From the NCBI RefSeq assembly GCF_002854065.1, contig NZ_CP024147.1: a stretch of DNA of 64,000 nucleotides. One strand, written 5' to 3'. The position numbers were made by a program, and so were the translations under genes. Below are positions 1-15,468 of this stretch, piece after piece (position 1 is the first letter of the stretch; each line of letters begins with the position of its first letter). The notes under the pieces are model-generated. The model made no database searches, was not told the origin of the DNA, and saw only the letters and a list, made by a program, of their open reading frames with translations. This stretch comes from Escherichia coli. Its GTDB lineage: Bacteria; Pseudomonadota; Gammaproteobacteria; Enterobacterales; Enterobacteriaceae.

Positions 1-796
1 CAATCACATCACCGCCGTGCGGGAAGTGATACAGCCGAGCGGCGGTCGTGGTGTGCTGACCGAGCCCCGAGTTGTCAGAGACATCGTTGGTCAGGATCTC
101 TTTTTGCAGCCCCAGCAACGCGTTCAGCAGGCTGGATTTACCAACGCCAGACTGCCCGGCAAAAATGCTGATGCGCCCGGTCAACGCCTCTTCCAGCGGT
201 TTTAGCCCATCCTGAGTATGGCTGGAAACCATCAATACGCGATAACCGATATTGCGGTAGATATCCATCTGCTCGTTGACGAACTCCATACCTTCGTCGT
301 CCAGCAGGTCTATCTTGTTGAGCACAATAATCGGCTCAATCTGCAAGGTTTCGCAGGCCACCAGATAACGGTCGATAATATTGAGCGACAGCTCCGGCAA
401 AATGGCGGAGACAATGACAATCTGGTCGATGTTGGCGGCAATAGGTTTCACGCCGTCGTAGAAATCCGGACGCGTCAACACTGAGGTGCGCTCATGCACC
501 GCTTCCACGATCCCTTTGACATTTACGCCTTCCGCCGCCGGTTTACCCGGACGCCAGACTACGCGGTCGCCGGTCACCAGCGAACGGATGGTACGGCGAA
601 TATTGCAGCGGTGAACGTCGCCATCGGCGGATTCCACATCAGCGTGCATACCAAAGCGGCTGATGACGATACCTTCATCAGGCTCGCCAAACAGATTGTC
701 GTCGTAGTCGGGCTTCTCCTTAGACGTTTTAAGACGACGCTGGTGATTGGCGTTCACGCGGCGCTGCTGGCCTTTGGAGAGTTTATTTTTACTCAA
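1..796 (-). CDS. rsgA: Ribosome small-subunit biogenesis GTPase RsgA (YjeQ); N-terminal ~265 codons, 3' end beyond window start
   Basis: Minus-strand frame open from window edge up to a TTG at 794-796; translation starts [42 protein letters not shown], recognisable RsgA N-terminus; divergent from orn. Confidence 0.85.
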
Positions 797-890
797 TCGT
801 ACAGACTCCTGGTCGCCCCTGATGGGCAAAACATCTATGATACACGCAATTGTGGATCAATATAGTCACTGTGAATGGGTGGAAAATAGC

Positions 891-1436
891 ATGAGTGCCA
901 ATGAAAACAACCTGATTTGGATCGATCTTGAGATGACCGGTCTGGATCCCGAGCGCGATCGCATTATTGAGATTGCCACGCTGGTGACCGATGCCAACCT
1001 GAATATTCTGGCAGAAGGGCCGACCATTGCAGTACACCAGTCCGATGAACAGCTGGCGCTGATGGATGACTGGAACGTGCGCACCCATACCGCCAGCGGG
1101 CTGGTAGAGCGCGTGAAAGCGAGCACGATGGGCGATCGTGAAGCTGAACTGGCAACGCTCGAATTCTTAAAACAGTGGGTGCCTGCGGGAAAATCGCCGA
1201 TTTGCGGTAACAGCATCGGCCAGGATCGTCGCTTCCTGTTTAAATACATGCCGGAGCTGGAAGCCTACTTCCACTACCGTTATCTCGATGTCAGCACCCT
1301 GAAAGAGCTGGCGCGCCGCTGGAAGCCGGAAATTCTGGATGGTTTTACCAAGCAGGGGACGCATCAGGCGATGGATGATATCCGTGAATCGGTGGCGGAG
1401 CTGGCTTACTACCGCGAGCATTTTATCAAGCTGTAA
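891..1436 (+). CDS. orn: Oligoribonuclease
   Basis: Track ORF 747..1436; Orn begins at internal ATG 891 ([29 protein letters not shown], DEDDh exonuclease); 181 aa. Confidence 0.95.
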
Positions 1437-1529
1437 AATTTTTCCTGGTCACGTAAGCGTCGGAATCCACTTGCGGCGGCGTGATTTTGACGCTAAATTG
1501 AACGCCTTGCTGATAATTTCAGCACTTGA

Positions 1530-1600
1530 GATAAAAACTCAAAAAAAATTTTTTAGGGGGGTTGCAGAGGGAAAGATTTCTCGTATAATGCGCCTCCCGT
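1530..1600 (+). promoter_or_regulatory. Candidate sigma70 promoter for glyVXY: A/T-rich upstream tract, TTGCAG (1562-1567), 16-bp spacer, TATAAT (1584-1589), GC-rich discriminator GCGCCTCCC
   Basis: Motifs read directly in sequence about 60 bp upstream of first tRNA; GC-rich discriminator typical of stringently controlled stable-RNA promoters. Confidence 0.5.
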
Positions 1601-1646
1601 AACGACGCAGAAATGCGAAAATTACGAAAGCAAAATTAAGTAGTAC

Positions 1647-1722
<76 letters not shown>

Positions 1723-1758
1723 AAATTTGAAAAGTGCTGCAAAGCACAGACCACCCAA

Positions 1759-1834
<76 letters not shown>

Positions 1835-1869
1835 AAATTTGAAAGTGCTGCAAAGCACAGACCACCCAA

Positions 1870-1945
<76 letters not shown>

Positions 1946-1959
1946 AATTCTTCTCTCAA

Positions 1960-2215
1960 TAAAATATCCACAGCGACGCGATGCGTTATTGCTGGTTTTT
2001 GTTGTCTCTGACAAACTCTTGTAAACAGAGTTATCCACAGCCTCAGGCCGTAATCTTAACTTCAAAGAAACTTCGCACGGTGAATAGTATTTTTTTAACC
2101 TATTGATAGATAATTTAAAAATTAAGATTTCGTTTTGTCGAGTCGATCACTTGACGATTTTATTCGTCTTGAATTGCAATGCGTTTTTATTTTTATTCAC
2201 AAGCTGTGGATGAAT
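1960..2215. promoter_or_regulatory. datA: datA-like DnaA-titration locus: DnaA boxes ATATCCACA (1964-1972), TTATCCACA (2031-2039), TTATTCACA (2193-2201), inverted TGTGGATGA (2205-2213); IHF-consensus site TATCAATAGGTTA on minus strand (2096-2108)
   Basis: 9-mers matching the TTATNCACA DnaA-box consensus and a WATCAANNNNTTR IHF match read in the non-coding interval between glyY and queG, where datA lies in K-12 as I recall. Confidence 0.55.
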
Positions 2216-3354
2216 CAGGCGTCACGCGGTAACCCTTTTTCAATTACCCGAACCAGACGCTGTTTTTTCGGCAATTGCACTTCGACTATGCACGCATTTC
2301 GCCTCTCGATTTGCTGCGCCATCGCCCACGCTATGTGCTCATCAAGAAGTGGGTGCTCACCTTTGCGACTCTCCAGCGCCGCCAGAATCGTTTCATCCCA
2401 GGGCGCATTGCCTAATGCCACGGCGATATTACGCAGCCAGCGCAGGTGACCTATACGGCGAATCGCCGAACCTTCCGTGACTTTTAAAAACTTCTCTTCG
2501 CTCCAGGCGAATAACTCAATGAGTTCCGGTGCGTGTAGCGGCTTACGCGGGCTGAAATCGTCTTCTGTAGTGAGTTGTGAATAGCGATTCCACGGGCAGA
2601 TAAGCTGGCAGTCATCGCAACCGTAAATACGGTTTCCCATTAACGGTCGCAACTCTTCCGGGATCGCCCCTTCCAGTTCGATGGTGAGATAAGAGATACA
2701 GCGGCGAGCATCGACGGTATATGGCTCGACGATGGCACCGGTCGGGCAAATCGTCATACAGGCCACGCATTTGCCGCATCCTTCCTCGACTGGTTGATCC
2801 ACGGGCAGCGGAATATCGACCAGCAATTCGCCTAAAAAGAAGAACGAACCGGCCTCGCGATTGAGGATAAGTGAGTGCTTACCTGTCCAGCCGAGCCCAG
2901 CTTTTTCAGCTAACGGGCGCTCGAGAATAGGCGCAGAATCGACAAACGGTCTAAAATTCAGCGAAACACAATGTTGCTGAATCATCTCGCCCAGCTTTTT
3001 GAGTCGGTTGCGCAGAAGTTTGTGATAGTCACGGCCCAGCGCATAACGGCTAACATAGCCGAGTTTGGGGTTTTTCAGCGTGCTGGCAAATGCGGCGTTA
3101 GCAGGAAGGTAATTCATCCGCACGCTGATCACGCGCAGCGTACCGGGCAATAACTCATGGGGGCGAGCGCGCAGCATACCGTGACGTGCCATCCAGTCCA
3201 TTTCGCCGTGGTATTGTTTGTCCAGCCATGCTTGCAGTTTGGGCTCGGACTCGCTGAGATCGGTATCGGTAATACCTACCTGCTGAAAGCCCAGTTCCAG
3301 CCCCCACTGTTTAATTTTTTGCGCTAACTGATTGAGATCGAGGGGCTCTGACAT
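2215..3354 (-). CDS. queG: Epoxyqueuosine reductase QueG (YjeS), 4Fe-4S / cobalamin enzyme
   Basis: Track ORF 2215..3462; QueG starts at internal Met (MSEPLDLNQLAQKIKQWGLELGFQQVGITD); two CxxCxxCxxxCP ferredoxin motifs; 379 aa. Confidence 0.93.
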   Translation of the reverse strand: MSEPLDLNQLAQKIKQWGLELGFQQVGITDTDLSESEPKLQAWLDKQYHGEMDWMARHGMLRARPHELLPGTLRVISVRMNYLPANAAFASTLKNPKLGYVSRYALGRDYHKLLRNRLKKLGEMIQQHCVSLNFRPFVDSAPILERPLAEKAGLGWTGKHSLILNREAGSFFFLGELLVDIPLPVDQPVEEGCGKCVACMTICPTGAIVEPYTVDARRCISYLTIELEGAIPEELRPLMGNRIYGCDDCQLICPWNRYSQLTTEDDFSPRKPLHAPELIELFAWSEEKFLKVTEGSAIRRIGHLRWLRNIAVALGNAPWDETILAALESRKGEHPLLDEHIAWAMAQQIERRNACIVEVQLPKKQRLVRVIEKGLPRDA

Positions 3355-3367
3355 GACGGACCATACA

Positions 3368-5333
<1,966 letters not shown>

Positions 5334-5351
5334 CCTTTGAAAGGTGGCGGG

Positions 5352-6680
5352 ATGATGTATCGCATCAGAAATTGGTTGGTAGCGACGTTGCTGCTGCTGT
5401 GCGCGCAGGTGGGTGCCGCGACGCTCTCTGATATTCAGGTTTCTAACGGCAATCAACAGGCGCGGATAACGTTGAGTTTTATTGGCGATCCTGATTATGC
5501 GTTTAGCCATCAAAGCAAACGCACCGTGGCGCTCGATATCAAACAAACGGGCGTGATTCAGGGACTGCCGTTGTTGTTCAGCGGTAATAATCTGGTGAAG
5601 GCGATTCGCTCCGGAACGCCTAAAGATGCACAAACGCTACGGCTGGTGGTCGATCTTACCGAAAACGGTAAAACCGAAGCGGTGAAGCGGCAGAATGGCA
5701 GCAATTACACTGTCGTCTTTACGATTAACGCAGATGTGCCACCGCCGCCGCCCGTGGTTGCGAAACGCGTTGAAACGCCTGCGGTTGTCGCACCGCGCGT
5801 CAGCGAACCGGCGCGCAATCCGTTTAAAACGGAAAGTAACCGCACTACGGGTGTTATCAGCAGTAATACGGTAACGCGTCCGGCAGCCCGCGCGACGGCT
5901 AACACTGGCGATAAAATTATCATCGCTATTGATGCCGGACACGGCGGTCAGGACCCTGGCGCTATCGGCCCCGGCGGTACGCGGGAGAAAAATGTCACCA
6001 TCGCCATTGCGCGTAAATTACGTACCTTGCTCAATGACGATCCGATGTTTAAGGGCGTTTTAACCCGTGACGGGGATTACTTTATCTCGGTGATGGGGCG
6101 CAGCGATGTGGCACGTAAGCAAAACGCCAATTTCCTCGTGTCGATTCACGCTGATGCCGCACCGAACCGCAGTGCGACTGGCGCTTCCGTATGGGTGCTC
6201 TCTAACCGTCGCGCCAACAGCGAAATGGCCAGCTGGCTGGAGCAGCACGAGAAACAGTCGGAGCTGCTGGGCGGGGCGGGTGATGTGCTGGCGAACAGTC
6301 AGTCTGACCCCTATTTAAGCCAGGCGGTGCTGGATTTACAGTTCGGTCATTCCCAGCGGGTAGGGTATGATGTAGCGACCAGTATGATCAGTCAGTTGCA
6401 ACGCATTGGCGAAATACATAAACGTCGGCCAGAACATGCCAGCCTTGGCGTTCTGCGTTCGCCGGATATCCCATCAGTACTGGTCGAAACCGGTTTTATC
6501 AGCAACAACAGCGAAGAACGTTTGCTGGCGAGCGACGATTACCAACAACAGCTGGCAGAAGCCATTTACAAAGGCCTGCGCAATTATTTCCTTGCGCATC
6601 CGATGCAATCTGCGCCGCAGGGGGCAACGGCACAAACGGCCAGTACGGTGACGACGCCAGATCGCACGCTGCCAAACTAA
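5352..6680 (+). CDS. amiB: N-acetylmuramoyl-L-alanine amidase AmiB
   Basis: Track ORF 5337..6680; signal peptide [23 protein letters not shown]; Amidase_3 domain ([14 protein letters not shown]); LysM-like C-terminus; internal Pro5 tract. Confidence 0.92.
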   Translation: MMYRIRNWLVATLLLLCAQVGAATLSDIQVSNGNQQARITLSFIGDPDYAFSHQSKRTVALDIKQTGVIQGLPLLFSGNNLVKAIRSGTPKDAQTLRLVVDLTENGKTEAVKRQNGSNYTVVFTINADVPPPPPVVAKRVETPAVVAPRVSEPARNPFKTESNRTTGVISSNTVTRPAARATANTGDKIIIAIDAGHGGQDPGAIGPGGTREKNVTIAIARKLRTLLNDDPMFKGVLTRDGDYFISVMGRSDVARKQNANFLVSIHADAAPNRSATGASVWVLSNRRANSEMASWLEQHEKQSELLGGAGDVLANSQSDPYLSQAVLDLQFGHSQRVGYDVATSMISQLQRIGEIHKRRPEHASLGVLRSPDIPSVLVETGFISNNSEERLLASDDYQQQLAEAIYKGLRNYFLAHPMQSAPQGATAQTASTVTTPDRTLPN

Positions 6681-6689
6681 GGACGATTG

Positions 6690-8537
6690 ATGCCAATTCA
6701 GGTCTTACCGCCACAACTGGCGAACCAGATTGCCGCAGGTGAGGTGGTCGAGCGACCTGCGTCGGTAGTCAAAGAACTGGTGGAAAACAGCCTCGATGCA
6801 GGTGCGACGCGTATCGATATTGATATCGAACGCGGTGGGGCGAAACTTATCCGCATTCGTGATAACGGCTGCGGTATCAAAAAAGACGAGCTGGCGCTGG
6901 CGCTGGCGCGTCATGCCACCAGTAAAATCGCCTCTCTGGACGATCTCGAAGCCATTATCAGCCTGGGCTTTCGCGGTGAGGCGCTGGCGAGTATCAGTTC
7001 GGTTTCCCGCCTGACGCTCACTTCACGCACCGCAGAACAGCAGGAAGCCTGGCAGGCCTATGCCGAAGGGCGCGATATGGACGTGACGGTTAAACCGGCG
7101 GCGCATCCGGTGGGAACGACGCTGGAGGTACTGGACCTGTTCTACAACACCCCGGCGCGGCGCAAATTCCTGCGCACCGAGAAAACCGAATTTAACCATA
7201 TCGATGAAATCATCCGCCGCATCGCACTGGCGCGTTTCGACGTCACGATCAACCTGTCGCATAACGGCAAAATCGTACGCCAGTACCGCGCGGTGCCGGA
7301 AGGCGGGCAAAAAGAACGGCGCTTAGGCGCGATTTGTGGCACCGCTTTTCTCGAACAAGCGCTGGCGATTGAATGGCAACACGGCGATCTCACGCTGCGC
7401 GGCTGGGTGGCCGATCCAAATCACACCACGCCCGCACTGGCGGAAATTCAGTATTGCTACGTGAATGGTCGCATGATGCGCGATCGCCTGATCAATCACG
7501 CGATCCGCCAGGCCTGTGAAGACAAACTGGGGGCCGATCAGCAACCTGCATTTGTGTTGTATCTGGAGATCGACCCGCATCAGGTGGACGTCAACGTACA
7601 CCCCGCCAAACACGAAGTGCGTTTCCATCAGTCGCGTCTGGTGCATGATTTTATCTATCAGGGCGTGCTGAGCGTGCTACAACAGCAACTGGAAACGCCG
7701 CTACCGCTGGACGATGAACCCCAACCTGCACCGCGTCCCATTCCGGAAAACCGCGTGGCGGCGGGGCGCAATCACTTTGCAGAACCGGCAGCTCGTGAGC
7801 CGGTAGCTTCGCGCTACTCTCCTGCGCCCGCCTCAGGCAGTCGTCCGGCTGCCCCTTGGCCGAATGCGCAGCCAGGCTATCAGAAACAGCAAGGTGAAGT
7901 GTATCGCCAGCTTTTGCAAACGCCCGCGCCGATGCAAAAACCAAAAGCGCCGGAACCGCAGGAACCTGCACTTGCGGCGAACAGTCAGAGTTTTGGTCGG
8001 GTACTGACTATCGTCCATTCCGACTGTGCGTTGCTGGAGCGCGACGGCAACATTTCACTTTTAGCCTTGCCAGTGGCAGAACGTTGGCTGCGTCAGGCAC
8101 AATTGACGCCGGGTGAAGCGTCCGTTTGCGCCCAGCCGTTGCTGATTCCGTTGCGGCTAAAAGTTTCTGGCGAAGAAAAATCGGCATTAGAAAAAGCGCA
8201 GTCTGCCCTGGCGGAATTGGGTATTGAATTTCAGTCCGATGCGCAGCATGTGACCATCAGGGCCGTGCCTTTACCCTTACGCCAACAAAATTTACAAATC
8301 TTGATTCCTGAACTGATAGGCTACCTGGCGAAGCAGTCCGTATTCGAACCTGGCAATATTGCGCAGTGGATTGCACGAAATCTGATGAGCGAACATGCGC
8401 AGTGGTCAATGGCACAGGCCATAACCCTGCTGGCGGACGTGGAACGGTTATGTCCGCAACTTGTGAAAACGCCGCCGGGTGGTCTGTTACAATCTGTTGA
8501 TTTACATCCGGCGATAAAAGCCCTGAAAGATGAGTGA
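6690..8537 (+). CDS. mutL: DNA mismatch repair protein MutL
   Basis: 615-aa ORF; GHKL ATPase motifs ([16 protein letters not shown]); begins [20 protein letters not shown]. Confidence 0.96.
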
Positions 8538-9480
8538 TATCAGTAAGGCGAGCCTGCCTAAGGCGATTTTTTTGATGGGGCCGACGGCCTCCGGTAAAAC
8601 GGCGTTAGCCATTGAGCTGCGTAAAATTTTACCAGTAGAGTTGATAAGCGTTGATTCTGCCCTTATTTACAAAGGGATGGATATCGGGACGGCGAAGCCG
8701 AACGCTGAAGAGTTACTCGCCGCGCCGCACCGATTGCTGGATATTCGCGATCCGTCGCAGGCTTACTCGGCTGCTGATTTTCGCCGCGATGCGCTGGCGG
8801 AGATGGCCGATATCACCGCGGCGGGGCGGATCCCACTGTTAGTGGGCGGTACGATGTTGTATTTCAAGGCATTGCTGGAAGGGTTGTCGCCGCTACCGTC
8901 GGCAGACCCGGAAGTGCGGGCCAGAATTGAGCAACAGGCGGCAGAGCAAGGTTGGGAGTCATTGCATCGTCAACTTCAGGAGATCGATCCGGTTGCGGCA
9001 GCAAGGATTCATCCAAATGATCCACAAAGGCTTTCCCGGGCACTGGAAGTTTTTTTCATTTCGGGTAAAACTTTAACGGAACTGACGCAAACGTCAGGAG
9101 ACGCTCTACCGTATCAGGTGCATCAGTTCGCCATCGCCCCGGCGAGCCGTGAACTGCTCCATCAACGCATTGAGCAGCGTTTTCATCAGATGTTGGCTTC
9201 AGGTTTTGAAGCAGAAGTCCGGGCGCTTTTTGCCCGAGGAGATTTGCATACGGACTTGCCTTCCATTCGTTGCGTGGGTTATCGCCAGATGTGGTCTTAC
9301 CTTGAAGGCGAAATCTCATACGATGAAATGGTTTATCGAGGTGTTTGCGCCACGAGACAGTTGGCGAAGCGGCAGATAACCTGGCTGCGTGGTTGGGAAG
9401 GGGTTCACTGGCTTGATAGTGAAAAACCAGAACAGGCGCGTGACGAAGTATTACAGGTTGTTGGTGCTATCGCAGGCTGA
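8530..9480 (+). CDS. miaA: tRNA dimethylallyltransferase MiaA
   Basis: 316-aa ORF; P-loop GPTASGKT; overlaps mutL stop by 8 nt. Confidence 0.96.
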
Positions 9481-9553
9481 ATGTGTACAATTGAGACGTA
9501 TCGTGCGCAATTTTTTCAGAATCGAAAGGTTCAAAGTACAAATAAGCATATAA

Positions 9554-9895
<342 letters not shown>

Positions 9896-9950
9896 CACGG
9901 GGAGCCAGCGATCCTGCGTTCCCCGCTGATCTATTTAGAGGGTTATACGC

Positions 9951-11231
9951 TTGTTTGACCGTTATGATGCTGGTGAGCAGGCGGTACTGGTACACATCTA
10001 TTTTACGCAAGACAAAGATATGGAAGACCTCCAGGAGTTTGAATCTCTGGTCTCTTCCGCCGGTGTCGAAGCATTGCAGGTGATTACCGGTAGCCGTAAA
10101 GCGCCGCACCCAAAGTATTTTGTAGGTGAAGGTAAAGCAGTTGAAATTGCGGAAGCTGTCAAAGCGACGGGTGCTTCGGTCGTTCTTTTTGACCATGCCC
10201 TGAGCCCGGCGCAAGAGCGTAACCTGGAGCGTTTGTGCGAGTGTCGTGTTATCGACCGCACCGGCCTTATTTTAGATATTTTCGCCCAACGTGCGCGTAC
10301 CCATGAGGGTAAGTTGCAGGTTGAGCTGGCGCAGCTGCGCCATCTGGCTACGCGCCTGGTGCGTGGCTGGACCCACCTTGAAAGACAGAAAGGCGGGATT
10401 GGTTTGCGTGGTCCGGGTGAAACCCAGCTCGAAACCGACCGTCGTTTGTTGCGTAATCGCATCGTGCAGATACAGTCGCGCCTGGAAAGAGTTGAAAAGC
10501 AGCGTGAGCAGGGGCGGCAATCGCGTATCAAAGCCGACGTTCCTACTGTTTCGCTGGTGGGATATACCAACGCCGGTAAATCTACCCTTTTCAATCGCAT
10601 CACCGAAGCGCGGGTCTACGCGGCAGACCAGTTGTTTGCCACCCTCGACCCGACGTTGCGGCGTATTGACGTTGCAGATGTCGGTGAAACCGTACTTGCA
10701 GATACCGTAGGGTTTATTCGCCACCTGCCGCACGATCTGGTGGCAGCATTTAAAGCCACGTTACAAGAGACGCGGCAAGCCACATTACTGCTGCACGTCA
10801 TTGATGCGGCGGATGTGCGTGTACAAGAAAACATCGAAGCGGTGAATACGGTTCTTGAAGAGATCGACGCTCACGAGATCCCAACCCTGCTGGTGATGAA
10901 CAAGATCGATATGCTGGAAGATTTCGAACCGCGTATTGATCGGGACGAAGAGAACAAACCGATCCGTGTCTGGCTTTCCGCACAGACCGGAGCGGGGATA
11001 CCACAGCTTTTTCAGGCTTTGACGGAGCGGCTTTCCGGCGAGGTGGCGCAGCATACATTGCGTCTGCCACCGCAGGAAGGGCGTCTGAGAAGTCGTTTTT
11101 ATCAGCTTCAGGCAATAGAAAAAGAGTGGATGGAGGAGGACGGCAGCGTAAGTCTGCAAGTTCGTATGCCGATCGTTGACTGGCGTCGCCTCTGTAAACA
11201 AGAACCGGCGTTGATCGATTACCTGATCTAA
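9951..11231 (+). CDS. hflX: Ribosome-associated GTPase HflX
   Basis: 426-aa ORF; G-domain motifs [18 protein letters not shown]. Confidence 0.96.
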   Translation: MFDRYDAGEQAVLVHIYFTQDKDMEDLQEFESLVSSAGVEALQVITGSRKAPHPKYFVGEGKAVEIAEAVKATGASVVLFDHALSPAQERNLERLCECRVIDRTGLILDIFAQRARTHEGKLQVELAQLRHLATRLVRGWTHLERQKGGIGLRGPGETQLETDRRLLRNRIVQIQSRLERVEKQREQGRQSRIKADVPTVSLVGYTNAGKSTLFNRITEARVYAADQLFATLDPTLRRIDVADVGETVLADTVGFIRHLPHDLVAAFKATLQETRQATLLLHVIDAADVRVQENIEAVNTVLEEIDAHEIPTLLVMNKIDMLEDFEPRIDRDEENKPIRVWLSAQTGAGIPQLFQALTERLSGEVAQHTLRLPPQEGRLRSRFYQLQAIEKEWMEEDGSVSLQVRMPIVDWRRLCKQEPALIDYLI

Positions 11232-11316
11232 CGGCGTAGCGTCTGAAGCGTGGAGTCATATCCTCTGGCGTCGAAAGACAACAGGGATCACCGCATAACA
11301 AATATGGAGCACAAAC

Positions 11317-12576
11317 ATGGCGTGGAATCAGCCCGGTAATAACGGACAAGACCGCGACCCGTGGGGAAGCAGCAAACCTGGCGGCAACTCTGAGGGAAAT
11401 GGAAACAAAGGCGGTCGCGATCAAGGGCCACCTGATTTAGATGATATCTTCCGCAAACTGAGCAAAAAGCTCGGTGGTCTGGGCGGCGGTAAAGGCACCG
11501 GATCTGGCGGTGGCAGTTCATCGCAAGGCCCGCGCCCGCAGCTTGGCGGTCGTGTCGTTACCATCGCAGCGGCAGCGATTGTCATTATCTGGGCGGCCAG
11601 TGGTTTCTATACCATTAAAGAAGCCGAACGCGGCGTGGTAACACGCTTTGGTAAATTCAGCCATCTGGTTGAGCCAGGTCTGAACTGGAAACCGACGTTT
11701 ATCGACGAAGTCAAACCGGTGAACGTGGAAGCCGTGCGTGAACTGGCCGCTTCTGGTGTGATGCTGACGTCGGACGAGAACGTAGTGCGCGTTGAGATGA
11801 ACGTGCAGTACCGCGTCACCAATCCGGAAAAATATCTGTATAGCGTGACCAGCCCGGATGACAGCCTGCGTCAGGCTACCGACAGCGCCCTGCGTGGAGT
11901 TATCGGTAAATACACCATGGACCGCATTCTGACGGAAGGTCGTACCGTGATTCGTAGCGATACCCAGCGCGAACTGGAAGAGACGATTCGTCCGTATGAC
12001 ATGGGTATCACTCTGCTGGACGTCAACTTCCAGGCAGCTCGTCCGCCGGAAGAAGTAAAAGCGGCGTTTGACGATGCGATTGCCGCGCGTGAAAACGAAC
12101 AGCAATACATTCGTGAAGCAGAAGCGTATACCAACGAAGTTCAGCCGCGTGCGAACGGTCAGGCGCAACGTATCCTCGAAGAGGCGCGTGCGTACAAGGC
12201 CCAGACCATCCTGGAAGCTCAGGGTGAAGTGGCGCGCTTTGCTAAACTTCTGCCGGAATATAAAGCCGCGCCGGAAATTACTCGCGAGCGTCTGTATATC
12301 GAGACGATGGAAAAAGTGTTGGGCAACACCCGCAAAGTGCTGGTTAACGACAAAGGTGGCAACCTGATGGTTCTGCCGTTAGACCAGATGCTGAAAGGTG
12401 GTAACGCCCCTGCGGCGAAGAGCGATAACGGTGCCAGCAATCTGCTGCGTCTGCCGCCAGCCTCTTCCTCCACAACCAGTGGAGCAAGCAACACGTCGTC
12501 CACCAGTCAGGGCGATATTATGGACCAACGCCGCGCCAATGCGCAGCGTAACGACTACCAGCGTCAGGGGGAATAA
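11317..12576 (+). CDS. hflK: FtsH modulator HflK (SPFH/band-7 family)
   Basis: 419-aa ORF; Gly-rich N-terminus, single TM, SPFH domain. Confidence 0.96.
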   Translation: MAWNQPGNNGQDRDPWGSSKPGGNSEGNGNKGGRDQGPPDLDDIFRKLSKKLGGLGGGKGTGSGGGSSSQGPRPQLGGRVVTIAAAAIVIIWAASGFYTIKEAERGVVTRFGKFSHLVEPGLNWKPTFIDEVKPVNVEAVRELAASGVMLTSDENVVRVEMNVQYRVTNPEKYLYSVTSPDDSLRQATDSALRGVIGKYTMDRILTEGRTVIRSDTQRELEETIRPYDMGITLLDVNFQAARPPEEVKAAFDDAIAARENEQQYIREAEAYTNEVQPRANGQAQRILEEARAYKAQTILEAQGEVARFAKLLPEYKAAPEITRERLYIETMEKVLGNTRKVLVNDKGGNLMVLPLDQMLKGGNAPAAKSDNGASNLLRLPPASSSTTSGASNTSSTSQGDIMDQRRANAQRNDYQRQGE

Positions 12577-12578
12577 CG

Positions 12579-13583
12579 ATGCGTAAGTCAGTTATCGCGA
12601 TTATCATCATCGTGCTGGTAGTGCTTTACATGTCTGTCTTTGTCGTCAAAGAAGGTGAGCGCGGTATTACGCTGCGTTTTGGTAAGGTACTGCGTGACGA
12701 TGACAACAAACCTCTGGTTTATGAGCCGGGTCTGCATTTCAAGATACCGTTCATTGAAACGGTGAAAATGCTCGACGCACGTATTCAGACCATGGACAAC
12801 CAGGCCGACCGCTTTGTGACCAAAGAGAAGAAAGACCTGATCGTCGACTCTTACATCAAATGGCGCATCAGCGATTTCAGCCGTTACTACCTGGCAACGG
12901 GTGGTGGCGACATTTCGCAAGCGGAAGTGCTGTTGAAACGTAAGTTCTCTGACCGTCTGCGTTCTGAAATTGGTCGCCTGGACGTGAAAGATATCGTCAC
13001 TGATTCCCGTGGTCGTCTGACCCTCGAAGTACGTGACGCGCTGAACTCCGGTTCTGCGGGTACAGAAGATGAAGTTACTACCCCGGCGGCAGATAACGCC
13101 ATTGCCGAAGCGGCAGAGCGCGTAACGGCTGAGACGAAGGGCAAAGTTCCGGTCATCAACCCGAACAGTATGGCGGCGCTGGGTATTGAAGTTGTCGATG
13201 TGCGTATCAAGCAGATCAACCTGCCGACTGAAGTGTCTGAAGCGATCTACAACCGTATGCGCGCCGAGCGTGAAGCGGTAGCGCGTCGTCACCGTTCACA
13301 AGGTCAGGAAGAAGCGGAAAAACTGCGCGCGACTGCCGACTATGAAGTGACCAGAACGCTGGCAGAAGCTGAGCGTCAGGGCCGTATCATGCGTGGTGAA
13401 GGCGATGCCGAAGCAGCCAAACTGTTTGCTGATGCATTCAGTAAAGATCCGGACTTCTACGCATTCATCCGTAGCCTGCGTGCTTATGAGAACAGCTTCT
13501 CTGGCAATCAGGACGTGATGGTCATGAGCCCGGATAGCGATTTCTTCCGCTACATGAAGACGCCGACTTCCGCAACGCGTTAA
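12579..13583 (+). CDS. hflC: FtsH modulator HflC (SPFH/band-7 family)
   Basis: 334-aa ORF starting 3 nt after hflK stop; N-terminal TM + SPFH domain. Confidence 0.96.
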   Translation: MRKSVIAIIIIVLVVLYMSVFVVKEGERGITLRFGKVLRDDDNKPLVYEPGLHFKIPFIETVKMLDARIQTMDNQADRFVTKEKKDLIVDSYIKWRISDFSRYYLATGGGDISQAEVLLKRKFSDRLRSEIGRLDVKDIVTDSRGRLTLEVRDALNSGSAGTEDEVTTPAADNAIAEAAERVTAETKGKVPVINPNSMAALGIEVVDVRIKQINLPTEVSEAIYNRMRAEREAVARRHRSQGQEEAEKLRATADYEVTRTLAEAERQGRIMRGEGDAEAAKLFADAFSKDPDFYAFIRSLRAYENSFSGNQDVMVMSPDSDFFRYMKTPTSATR

Positions 13584-13610
13584 TATAACGACTGCGGTAC
13601 AGGTCAATAA

Positions 13611-13650
13611 AGCCACCGCATCCTCAGGGATGTCGGTGGTTTTCTTTTTC
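13611..13650 (+). terminator. Rho-independent terminator after hflC
   Basis: CCACCG...CGGTGG stem followed by TTTTCTTTTTC. Confidence 0.6.
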
Positions 13651-13664
13651 TATAAGGATAATGA

Positions 13665-13862
13665 ATGAATTCGACAATCTGGCTGGCGCTTGCCCTGGTT
13701 TTGGTACTGGAAGGTTTAGGGCCGATGCTTTACCCGAAGGCATGGAAGAAGATGATCTCTGCGATGTCCAATTTGCCCGATAATATTTTACGTCGTTTTG
13801 GCGGTGGACTTGTGGTTGCGGGCGTTGTGGTCTACTACATGTTGAGGAAAACGATTGGCTGA
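13665..13862 (+). CDS. yjeT: Small inner-membrane protein YjeT (DUF2065)
   Basis: 65-aa hydrophobic ORF MNSTIWLALALVLVLEGLGPMLYPKAWKK; conserved position between hflC and purA. Confidence 0.8.
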   Translation: MNSTIWLALALVLVLEGLGPMLYPKAWKKMISAMSNLPDNILRRFGGGLVVAGVVVYYMLRKTIG

Positions 13863-13962
13863 ACAAAAAACAGACTGATCGAGGTCATTTTTGAGTGCAA
13901 AAAGTGCTGTAACTCTGAAAAAGCGATGGTAGAATCCATTTTTAAGCAAACGGTGATTTTGA

Positions 13963-15264
<1,302 letters not shown>

Positions 15265-15468
15265 TTCTGGTACGCCTGGCAGATATTTTGCCTGCCGGGC
15301 TAACAGTGTGATACATTGCTGTGTCGGTTAAGCCATTACGCTATCCGACACAGTGTTAAATCCTCGCTTTTTTCCTTCCCCGAACTGAAATAAATTAGCG
15401 ACACAGCTTGTGGCTGGTTTATCATCAATATAAATGTATTTTTTCCCGATTTCCCTTTTGAGGTTGAT

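Noticed and set aside
13941-13960. Possible PurR operator (AAGCAAACGGTGAT) upstream of purA
   Set aside because: Only a partial match to the PurR box palindrome, and I cannot place the promoter with confidence from sequence alone; not reported as a feature.
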